Shown here: positions 52,950 through 64,000 of the stretch, one piece after another
Layout: each line of letters starts with the position of its first letter
How positions within the stretch are numbered: position 1 is the stretch's first letter
Source of the DNA: Octopus bimaculoides
Lineage: Eukaryota
Length of the DNA: 64,000 nucleotides
Direction: 5' to 3'
NCBI RefSeq assembly: GCF_001194135.2
Contig: NC_068994.1
Coordinates: 42,229,727-42,293,726 of the forward strand
Notes under the pieces: model-generated
Database searches by the model: none
Told to the model about the DNA's origin: nothing
What the model saw: the letters and a program-made list of their open reading frames with translations, nothing else
Program-made: the position numbers and the translations under genes

Positions 52950-53795
52950 GTTTCGTGGTCCTGTTGTCTGCTAGAGGACGGTAGGGTGTTCGCTCCTCCT
53001 ACTAGCAATATATATGTATGTGCAGGGTAACCAATAACCAGTTCACGGAAGATCTGCCTGGTGTATATGTGTGTGTAAAAGAGTGAGAGACAGACAGACA
53101 GACATAGATTTCCTTTAGAAATTTGAAAAAATTTGTAATTTATATAGTGTCAATTATAAATTGCCAGCAACAGAAAATTATCATTCTCTCAGTCATTCCT
53201 CCTCCTCCTCATCATCATCGTCATCATCGTCATCATTCTGACAAGTGTTACTATTGCGTCCATCAACTTTAATTCTAACACTATCATCATAACCATCACT
53301 CATGACTAGTTACAACAAGAGCCAACAAGCAAGATCCTCCCACCTATCACATGGTCATTCGACCTACTAAAACAGCATCCATGATCTCTCCCAAATTTAA
53401 TGCCAAACATCTCTGAGAAAAGAGAAAAGAAAAGACATATTATGTAACATTAAAATCAAAGCTTGTTTGAATAGATAGGATTATCATGGTTAGAAGGTCT
53501 TGGATCAAAAATCTGCACATTCAGGACTGATCTGGGACTAAATAATAGTTATGCCAACAACAAACAACAATAACAACAATAGAAATGCCAACAACAACAA
53601 CAGTAACATTGATTTCAAATGTTGACACAAGGCCAGCAATTTCGGAGGAAGGGTAAAGTTGATTAAATTGACCTCAATGCTCAACTGGTACTTATTTTGT
53701 CGATCCCAAAAGGATAAAAGGCAAAGGTGACTCTGGTGGTATTTGAACCCAGAATGTAAAGATGGATGATATGCCACTAAGCGTCGTGCTTGGTA

Positions 53796-54057
53796 TTCTT
53801 TTATTCTTTTATTTTTTCACTTGTTTCAGTCATTTGACTGCAGCCATGCTGCAGCGCCACCTTAAGAGGTTTTATTGAAACAAATTGACCCCAGGATATT
53901 TTTTTAAGCCTAGTACTTATTCTATCAGTCTCTTTTGCTGAACCACTAAGTTACAGGGACATAAACACACCACCACCGGTTGTCAAGTGGTGATGGGGGA
54001 CAAACACAGACACAAAGACACACACACACATAGATATATATATATATATGTGCATAT

Positions 54058-54153
<96 letters not shown>

Positions 54154-54310
54154 GATGGGCTTCTTTCAGTTTCTGTCTGTCAAATCCACTCACAAGGCTT
54201 TGGTCAGCCTGAGGCTATGGCAGAAGACATTTGTCCAAGGTGCCAGCAGTGGGACTGAACTCAGAACCATGAGGTTGGGAAGCAAGCTTCTTACCACACA
54301 GCCACACCTG
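53796..54310 (-). mobile_element. SINE family A with expanded internal (TA)n
   Basis: Reverse complement of the family-A consensus. Confidence 0.9.
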
Positions 54311-54394
54311 GGCCTGCTACTGATTTTGCCAGCTCTCCACCTTAATAACAACAACAGCAATATTAGCAAGTACAACAACAACAACAGCATCAAT

Positions 54395-54660
54395 GAGGAT
54401 GGTGCTATGTGGTCACGTGAAGTGTTGTTAGAAATAAGAGTCAAACCTCCCTCAGATCACAGCCTATTGACTTGAGGAACAAAACAGATAAAAGTAAAAA
54501 ACATAGAAGGACATTTAGGATAATACAGTTCAAACCAAAAATGTCTGAGAAATATAAGCTGTGGTGGTCATGGTTGGAATTCTTTTGATCATACGCTGCC
54601 TGTCTGCTTGATCAAGGCCTTTTTGATGGGATCTAAACAATACTATCAACAGCAAATAAC
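54395..54660 (+). mobile_element. Dispersed SINE-like repeat, family E, with (CAA)n tail. Other copies at about 60-190, 1330-1445, 13215-13330, 53340-53580 and 58985-59100.
   Basis: Shared ggtcatggttggaat...tttgatcat...tctgctcgatca...gctaaacaacaac segments. Confidence 0.6.
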
Positions 54661-55166
54661 TACAACAACAGTAACAACAACAACAACAACACCAACAGCA
54701 AACAATAAACATAATAACAAGAACACCAGCAGCAACAGTAAAAATAACAACACAAGCAATAACTGTGAAATCAAGTTTAATATACAGCTGTGTTTGCACA
54801 TTTTCTAAATATGATTGATCTGTTTAGAAGCAAAATAAGATTTCATTGATTAAAAAAAAAAAAAAAAACACTAAGTCTTGGAAAATTTTTCACATTTATA
54901 TTTCTTTCTTTCAACAATATTTTGGTTTTGTTCCTGTTTTTTTTGTTTTGCTTTCTTAAATTTCTTTTTCTTTTTCTTTTTCTTTTTTTTTTTTTTGATT
55001 TGCTGTAATGCAATAATACTTATTTTAATGCAATAATGCTTATTTTCTCATTGGTTCAAACAGCCCTTTGTGAGATAAGAAATTAAACAGACTTATGCAT
55101 GATAAAAGAATTATATGTATGCGCGTGCACTTGTAGGAGAATGTGTTCGTATGTATACAAATATAT

Positions 55167-55197
<31 letters not shown>

Positions 55198-55802
55198 CAC
55201 ACATATTCATATATACACATATAACATACATATATATTCACATATACATATATATACATATACATACATATNNNNNNNNNNNNNNNNNNNNNNNNNNNNN
55301 NNNNNNNNNNNNNNNNNNNNNNNNNNNNNNNNNNNNNNNNNNNNNNNNNNNNNNNNNNNNNNNNNNNNNNNNNNNNNNNNNNNNNNNNNNNNNNNNNNNN
55401 NNNNNNNNNNNNNNNNNNNNNNNNNNNNNNNNNNNNNNNNNNNNNNNNNNNNNNNNNNNNNNNNNNNNNNNNNNNNNNNNNNNNNNNNNNNNNNNNNNNN
55501 NNNNNNNNNNNNNNNNNNNNNNNNNNNNNNNNNNNNNNNNNNNNNNNNNNNNNNNNNNNNNNNNNNNNNNNNNNNNNNNNNNNNNNNNNNNNNNNNNNNN
55601 NNNNNNNNNNNNNNNNNNNNNNNNNNNNNNNNNNNNNNNNNNNNNNNNNNNNNNNNNNNNNNNNNNNNNNNNNNNNNNNNNNNNNNNNNNNNNNNNNNNN
55701 NNNNNNNNNNNNNNNNNNNNNNNNNNNNNNNNNNNNNNNNNNNNNNNNNNNNNNNNNNNNNTATATATATATATACATATATATATATATGTATATATAT
55801 AT

Positions 55803-55888
<86 letters not shown>

Positions 55889-56228
55889 CTATTGAAGAAA
55901 GACTAAAGATATAAAGCAATAAATGTAATCTTAAAAATCAAATTACTTTGAGATTTTATCCCAAAAATCTTTACAAAATATATATATATATATGCCTGCA
56001 GTGAAGCATTTCAGTTTCTAAGACAGACTGGCATTTTATGAGTTTCCTTGGAAATTTCTGATAAATGCAAAAATTATACCCAGAGAAATTTTTTTCTTGC
56101 AATTGTATTCCTGTAAAGAAATAAAGACAACAAAAAGCATATCACAAGAAAATACATAATTTATAAATTAATAAATGCTATTGTAAATGATGATTTTTAT
56201 TTCTGAAAATTCCACCCCCACCTTTCTT

Positions 56229-56265
<37 letters not shown>

Positions 56266-57041
56266 TTGTCTATCTATCTTTGCATTATTTTTTGTGTTTT
56301 ACTTTATTCTAAGTTTCTTGCTTTGGTGATTTTTAACCGGAATCATATCCAAGTAAAATATCCACTAGTCTACATTTTAATGTCATCTATTTGTTGGTGG
56401 TAAATCTATTTAATTCACTAATAGCTAAACACACACATGAACATGGTCAACATCTCTTCACCCTGGCTAGAATGACGATTATATTGAATGGAAATAAATT
56501 ATAAGATTATGTCTAATGGAGGATTTTCTGTTTCTTAGAAACATCTAAACATAGACTTGCTTCCTGGTTCTTAAATATGTTAAATACAATCTGTAGAGCA
56601 GACTATTTGCAAGAGAGGGATGTTGACATATCTTATTTGGTAAGTTGTTCTCAATCTGGTGGAACAAAAGCATGGTTGATCCCAGACAGGAACCGTTTAT
56701 ATTGTTCTATTTCTATACTTGTTAATAACATTGTGGAAGTGAAGAGCAGAGAAAGCTTCCGGACTCCGACATTAAAAGTCTTTCATTACATATTCAGATT
56801 GTCATGAAGAAAATATATATAACAAAAAATAAAATAGTCGATAAATAAATAAATAAAAACAGTCATACAAATGCATTAGTGAACAATACATGTTTAAAAT
56901 TTACACATTCTTTACAGAACCAATATAGTATAACCCTTAGCAAATCAGCATATCGGGTTTCGGCATGTACATACAAAACTATATACATACATAAAAATAC
57001 ACATACACATATACACACACATATATGTATATGTATGTTTG

Positions 57042-57103
<62 letters not shown>

Positions 57104-58004
57104 GACACATAATCATTTATGCATATAGGCATCATATATATATGTATATATATTGATATATATATAAATGTATATTTATATGTGTGTGTATGTCTGTATG
57201 TATGTATGTATATCATACATATATATTTACAGCTGTGTGTGTGTTTGTGCTCATGCGTGGGTGGGTGTTTGCCATTCATTGAATTTGTATGCATTTAGAA
57301 AAGTAGTAGACTTACTAGAACTTGGTAATTTTCCAAATTAAAGTCTAAAGTATAAATCTGTGACTTACCAAACGGGAGAATAGTTAAATCAGCATCCATA
57401 TTGTTAGATTTAAATCTTCTCTTATCAAAAGATATTTGAATCTTCTATAGGATCTATCATATTAATTGTACAAGTATTCACAATACACTAATCAGTTGCC
57501 AATAGATTCTTTTTAGATTCTTCTACGTAGTTTCATTACTAGCTTTGCAAACAGGCTCATGTATTTAGATACCAAAAATGTGTGGCACCTTGAGCAAGAA
57601 TCTTTTGCTTATAGCTTCAGCTTGACCAATATTTTGTGTGAAGCAATTGGCAAATAGACATTGTGTATAGCTTTTCATGTACAAATGCATGCATATGTAC
57701 ATGTGTGTGTGCGTGTGCACGCATGCATGTGAGTGTATCTGTGTGTATTTTGCCCATGTATAGTAGTGACAAAGGATATAAAGAAACACTGGTAAGAAAA
57801 TAATTAAAAAGAAAAGACACTTCCCTTCCAATGAAGCCCATTAAGGTATTTGTTCTGCACAGAACTGCACAGATACTCCATTGTTAGTTTCACCTTTAGA
57901 ATTATGGTAACCTAGTGATTTATTTCCTTGAATCTTGTGACCAATGATACTATACCTCACAAATTGTGATATCAAATAATCAACACATTGCAAAATGCAA
58001 CATA

Positions 58005-58140
58005 TTCTACTCTAGAAGTAGAGAAACTGCTTCCATAGACCATTGTCTTTCATCCAGACAACATGACCAATCCATCTCAGCTAAAACTTATTTGAGAATT
58101 ATCCCTGGCTTATCATCCTTGGATGAACTGGAAAAAGTTG
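58005..58140 (-). mobile_element. Short RTE-type ORF C-terminal remnant
   Basis: LRWIGHVVWMKDNGLWKQFLY matches the RTE motif LRWxGHVxRMxDxRLPKQxLY. Confidence 0.5.
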
Positions 58141-58149
58141 CTTTAACTA

Positions 58150-58546
58150 GGTGTAGGAGTGGCTGTGTGGTAAGTAGCTTGCTTACCAACCACATGGTCC
58201 CGGGTTCAGTCCCACTGCGTGGCATCTTGGGCAAGTGTCTTCTACTATAGCCTCGGGCCGACCAAAGCCTTGTGAGTGGATTTGGTATACGGAAACTGAA
58301 AGAAGCCCGTCGTATATATGTATATATATATATATGTATGTGTTTGTGTGTCTGTGTTTGTCCCCCCAACATCGCTTGACAACCGATGCTGGTGTGTTTA
58401 TGTCCCCGTAACTTAGCGGTTCGTCAAAAGAGACCGATAGAATAAGTACTAGGTTTCTAAAGAATAAGTCCTGGGGTCGATTTGCTCGACTAAAGGCGGT
58501 GCTCCAGCATGGCCACAGTCAAAAGACTGAAACAAGTAAAAGAGTA
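58150..58546 (+). mobile_element. Full-length tRNA-derived SINE (family A, about 400 bp, internal TA/TG microsatellite, AAGAGT tail)
   Basis: GGAGTGGCTGTGTGGTAAG...GGTTCAGTCCCACTGCGTGGC head with A/B boxes, ending ...GACTGAAACAAGTAAAAGAGT. Highly similar copies recur throughout the window. Confidence 0.9.
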
Positions 58547-59934
58547 ACTAGTACATTACATATGCTGAGAAGAGCATTGTCACTGTACAAATGATTAACT
58601 TCTATGCAAATATTATTTTTGTACTTAACTTTGTATGGTTTTATAAATGAACAATCTGGCAAGAAATGGAAACAAAATTGAAGAAGATGGCTAATGATAA
58701 TAATAATCCTTTCTACTACAGGCCCGAATTTCTGCAAGGCCTGAAATTTGTGGGGAGGGGATTAGCTGATTATATCGACCCCGTGTTTCACTAGTACTTC
58801 ATTTATTGACTCTGAAAGGATGAAAGGCAAAGTTGACCTCGGTGGATTTTGAGCTCAGATGGACAAAATACCACTAAGCGTTTTGCCTGGTGTGCTGCAA
58901 TTCTGCAAGCTTGATGCCTTAATAGTAATAATAGCAATAGCTTGGTTTTATAACAAACATTTGTCAAATTGAGTGACACTTTGAGTGCTGTCATGATCAA
59001 GTAGGTCTTCAAGCAGGTTTATGATCAAAGTTATTTCAGCTGATGGTACAATGAAATGTGAGCAATGATTTGGTTATTATTTCTAGCAGGTTGAGTAACC
59101 CTATAGCTGTTCCCTTCTATATATTCATGAATAGATTATGACATCATCTTTTAATATGAAATGCTCTTTAAATAATATCTGGACTTTATTAAATATTCTA
59201 AAGCTTATATTGAATAAATATTGGCATTTGCAATAACATTTCGATTTCAAGACTGCTACATGTCACTAAAACTTATAAGATCAAGCAATCTTCAAACAAT
59301 TTGCAAAACAACTCTCTGAAGAAGCCATACTCCTTTTAAATCTCTCCATCTATTCTTACATTCTCTCCTCTCTGTTTTTCTTTTCTCGATCAATTTGGTG
59401 TCCCTAATCCCATTATGCTATTATCTTCAGAAATGTGGCTACAGTTTATTCCATATGATTCATGTAAACCATTTCTACGAATAAGATAGTTTTTATAAAA
59501 TAAACTATTTTACTTTATTTATCTTTCAGCTTTAAATCATACACACATCTTATTTTATAATAAATTTCTTTGTAAAATTATATATAGCAGTCATGAATCT
59601 TGGGTAGTGATCGAAAGAATATACTCACAAACACAAGTGACTAAAATGAGGTTTCTGTAAGGGTTTGCTAGGTAATGTTTCTTGATGGGGTGCACAGCTC
59701 AGAGAGCAAAGAGTCACTCTAGGTTAAGCTACTACTTTTCCACACTGCGAAGTGGAATGAGGTGTGAGATGCTTTTGTGTTTTGTTTTTGTTTTTTTTGG
59801 TTGTTGTATTTTATTTTTAAATTTGGATGTGTATAGGGGTTTTACTTGATATTTATGTGGGAAAAGTTGTGAAAGTTTCTTGTTCATGTAGTAAGCTATA
59901 AAATTCTTATATTCTCTCAACTTCCTGTAATTCA

Positions 59935-60780
59935 AAATACCTCATGGTCCCAGTAGAAAAAATGGAGAAGGCGTTGCTCCAGAGGATGGTAGGGAGATGC
60001 TCTGGAATAGCCATTCTGACTCTTGGCGCTTGTACTTGCAGATAGCCATCTCAGCCCCAGCAGCAGTAAGTAGAGATATGGTCCAGGGGACACGAATGCC
60101 CGAGGTCTCCACTGCCACAGGCTTGACCTTAAATCTGTCAGAGAGTGACCAATAGTGAAAGTACTACTCTGATACAACAGCCATACAGTTTGAGGGAGAA
60201 AAAATCACAAGACAGATTTAATGAGAAAGGCCAACTGGTAAAATATCTAAGGATAGACCATGTGTGACATGATTGGATAATATCCATAGCCATGATTGGT
60301 CTTGCTTTGGGATCCAACGGGAAAATTTGCTGATGGTGGTTTCTAGTAGGAATCTTTGAAATGCATATCTCTGCTTCCATGACCATCACATGAATAATGG
60401 ACTATTAAAATAGGAGGTGGATGGGAGTAAAAAAATGTGCTTTTTTCTTCTTAGTACAAATGATATAATAGATAAACCTTTTTTTTTTTTTTTTGCTATT
60501 TAACCCAATTTTGTTTTGCATCTTATGACAATATATATTAATTTTTCCCTGCCATTCAATGGAATGCTTCTGTTTTTTTGGGATATTTTGAAAACGGCTT
60601 GCACATGCAAGTGCTACCAGTCAAAAGCTCTGCATACTGGAAGCCAGTAAGTGTATGGTGTCATCAGGAGAGAATGTATGCCGTTTCAGGGTCTACCTCT
60701 TGATGGCATCAATGTGCACTGCTCCCACTACCACTGATATGAGGCCCTGCTTGCTAGATCAACTGGTTATCAAATAAAGC
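59935..60780 (-). mobile_element. Degraded CRE-like (restriction-like endonuclease) non-LTR retrotransposon 3' region
   Basis: DRFKVKPVAVETSGIRVPWTISLLTAAGAEMAICKYKRQESEWLFQSISL / (fs) ILWSNAFSI resembles the F(V)PVAVETxG...WLxQRISxAIxRGNA C-terminus of CRE-type elements. Locally GC-rich. Confidence 0.5.
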
Positions 60781-63197
60781 TCAATATTCTTCTATCCATC
60801 ACTCATCGTCTCATTTTAACCAAATCCAGTGGCTAGCCTTTTCCACTATAGTTTGGATATCGGTCAGGGTGGTATTTATTTTATGATGAGTTAGGCCTAA
60901 TTAAAAATGAAATAAAGGTGTCCCATATATATTTGATTGTTGAAGTACAACTGTTATGGGACAAAGGCAATAGAATATGTCTTACTTCAAAGTATTGGCC
61001 ACATGGAAACTTACAATCATAAAACATATGTGAACTGAAATCTATCAGAGATCCAAATCTAGATCACTGATGCAGTTCAAACTGCCTCTAATTCTTCCCA
61101 GATAAGGGAGCAAGAATAATTGACAGGGTTATTGGTTATGCTAAATGGTTTCCAATATTTATTTTCAACTTGCTCAAGATCTATCAGGTTTGTTTCATTT
61201 ACTTATAAAAATTAGGTTTCTATGTGTCTGTAAATCACAGCCCTTAAAATCCCAATGATATATACCTGTTACTTATGTTGAATCACTCTAGGGAGATCTT
61301 GATGAATCTACTGTTTTTTTAACTTATTTTATTAGTTTTAGTCATTGGACTGTGGCTACGTCACACACTGTTTTCAAAGGTTTTTAGTCAATTGTATGTA
61401 TGTATGTGTGTATGTGTGTGTGCGCATATGTATGTTTGGGGGGGGGGTGTATGTGTGGGTGCGTGTGTATATGTGTGCAGGAATATAGATAGATAGGTAG
61501 GTAGATAGATAGGTAGGTAGGTAGGTAGATAGATAGATAGATAGATAGACAGATGTAAAGATTCATAAGAGACCAAGGGCCCAGAGCTTTGTGCTGTACT
61601 AATGAAACTAATTCATAAATTGGAAATTTGCCCTTTATGCAGAAGAAAATAGGATTGCTCCAGTTGCCTGTTTATAGATGTAAATCAGTACATCAAACAA
61701 ACACACACAAAAACATTTAGTTACTGAGTGTTTCATTCCTTTAAGCCAAAGGTAGACTTTGCCATTCTAAAAATAGAGATCAATAAAATAAAAGTAAGTA
61801 CCAGACTAAGATAACTATTATTTCCTTAACATAACTGTATCTCACTAACTGACTAACAGCTATGTATATTATTGAGTGAGTAAACTGTCTACTTCAGTGA
61901 TAACTTCTTTTAATATTATGTTGGTAATAAAAATATTCTGTAAAGAGAAAATTGGTAAAGATTCTCATAAATTGCAGCATCTCTAGGATACCTGGACACT
62001 TATATACAAAAGCAGAAATGGTTGGTACTATACAATAAGGATGGCGTGAGTAGAGAATGATGTAGATTGCTGTAGAGATATAAATAATTTAAAAGAATAT
62101 TTTAGATATATTTATATTTCTGTTATATAAATCTTGAGTAGAAGACAGAGTAGGATCCTAATATTAATTTACGGTTCTGTTTTTATATAATGTAAATGTT
62201 TCATTTTGTATGTTGTTTTTGTTATTTTTTTTTTATATACATGATTATTACAGGTGGAACACTAACTTTCCAAAAACCAATGGTCCAGAATCTCTTATAA
62301 TCTGCACTAATTTACACTAGTTTACAGGTAACTGTCATCATCAACATCATCATTTTCCTCATCATCATCATATAATGTCCATTTTCTATGCTGTTTGACA
62401 GGAGCTGGCCAGCTGAAGAGTTTCCCAGGCTCTATGCCTGCTTTGACACAGTTTCTACCACTGGATGCCCTTCCTAAAACCAACAACTTCACAAAGTGTA
62501 CTGGGTGTTTTCAAGCAGCACTGGCATAGGTGCTTTTATGTGGCACTTGCAGGAGTGCTTTTTACAAGGTGCCAGCAACCATAAGCATCCAAGATTAGGA
62601 TCACTCAGCAGAACATTTAATTCACCATCATTGTCGTTGTTGTTGTCATCATCATCGTCATCATCATCATCATCATCATCATTTAATGTCCATTGTCCAT
62701 GCTGGCATGGGTTGGATAGTTTGACCTGGGCTGGCAAGCTGAGGGGCTGCATCAGACTCAAATAAACACTTCAAAGCAGAACTCCTGCAAGGCCACAGTC
62801 AAATGACTGAAACAAGTAAATCAGCTTCAATGTTCAGAGAAACAGTTAGTCAGTTAGTCAGTCAGCTACAATGAAAAAGGAAAATTTAAAAATTGATTTA
62901 ATGTAGTGAAACACGATACAACAAGCAAGTGAAACAAGGTACCACACGTTTGCTAATAGTTCTAGGTACCTTTGTTGCTACAAGCAGATACAGACACACT
63001 CTTGGTCCTTCTATTCTTGACCAAACAAAACCTGAAGAATATGTTACAGCTGAATGGAGAAAAGATTGCACCAAAATTTGGCTGGTACTCATTTCACACT
63101 GGAACAACATGACATGAAGTGCCTTTATGAAGGCATTTACATATGTATGTGACTACTCATCCAGAAATTGAACTCATGATCTTATGATTGTGAACCG

Positions 63198-63438
63198 AAT
63201 ACCTTACCCACCAGGTCACATTTCTTTCATTAACCATATGGACTTGAATCTTTCATATATTGGTCATTCTTGGTCAGCTGTTACTGCGATAGTTAATTCC
63301 TTTAAATGAGCATTAGTTAATACCTTACCCACCAGGTCACATTTCTTTCATTAACCATATGGACTTGAATCTTTCATATATTGGTCATTCTTGGTCAGCT
63401 GTTACTGCGATAGTTAATTCCTTTAAATGAGTATTAGT
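63198..63438. repeat. 121-bp direct tandem duplication
   Basis: AATACCTTACCCACCAGG... starts at 63198 and 63319. Identical except near the unit end (C/T at 63311/63432). Confidence 0.9.
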
Positions 63439-63957
63439 CGCATACGTAGTCAAAGTTGTCCTGACGGTGTTTAACTCCATAAGAATTTTTTATGGCATTT
63501 CTAAGACACTGCTGAGAGGCACCAGTTAGTCAAAACAACCAGAAAAATTGGGCAGAGAAAGAAAAATCCCATTATATATGCATGCTATATTGCATATGGC
63601 TCCACTGTAATAGATATGGGATGTGTAGTATTCGACATATAGTTAGATTTTCCTTTTGCCCTTTTTCTTATTTATTTGTTTTGTTGAAAGAGATTTATTT
63701 TGTACAACTAAACAATAGGGTTTTTTTTTTTGCTTTTTGCTATTTTGCTGTTTTGTTTTGTATTCTTTAGTCTTGAAGTCTATTGTCATGTGAAAAGAAA
63801 TAGTTTGAGAGATATATTCATTGCAGGATTATAAATAAAGAATATTGTTAAAAAATTTGCTGAATTTAACTACAAATTTTATCATATATGACCTTCGTAA
63901 ATCAAGTTGATCACTATATATGTATATATAAATATACATATGTGTGTGAGTATGGAT

Positions 63958-64000
<43 letters not shown>

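Noticed and set aside
669-57294. Dozens of ORFs rich in YI/HT/CV/ER dipeptides or X
   Set aside because: They are translations of (TA)n, (CA)n and (GA)n microsatellites and N-gaps, which lack stops in some frames. No domain content.
1-64000. CRISPR arrays, rRNA genes, prokaryotic operons
   Set aside because: None seen. The sequence is eukaryotic, and the repeats are dispersed SINEs or microsatellites rather than repeat-spacer arrays.

Overview
AT-rich eukaryotic draft-assembly window with about 15 N-gaps and dense microsatellites. Its repeat landscape (several tRNA-derived SINE families, RTE 3' ends with (GAT)n tails, mariner and Penelope remnants) and its gene are typical of an octopus genome, probably an Octopus draft scaffold (inference). 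There is one clear protein-coding gene, a minus-strand protocadherin. Its signal peptide, six cadherin repeats, TM helix and proximal tail lie in one large exon (ATG 16846; splice acceptor at 17205 upstream; phase-0 donor at 14461). Other supported features are a tRNA-Lys(UUU) gene at 11823-11895, a frameshifted C2H2 zinc-finger pseudogene at about 52.2-52.95 kb, and many mobile-element fragments (RTE, R4/Dong-like, CRE-like, Penelope GIY-YIG, mariner derivatives, MITEs, SINEs). The most notable unannotated structure is an exactly 49-bp-periodic, highly diverged 5-unit repeat in the protocadherin 5' leader. It forms a ladder of uORFs and supplies the start codon. Also notable are a candidate terminal exon at about 11.05-11.25 kb, candidate non-coding 5' exons about 33 kb upstream, a minimal hammerhead-ribozyme fold at 25250-25292, and two mariner derivatives whose junctions lie at inverted microhomologies. 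Nearly all other ORFs in the track are microsatellite or N-gap artefacts. All calls were made by eye, with no database searches.
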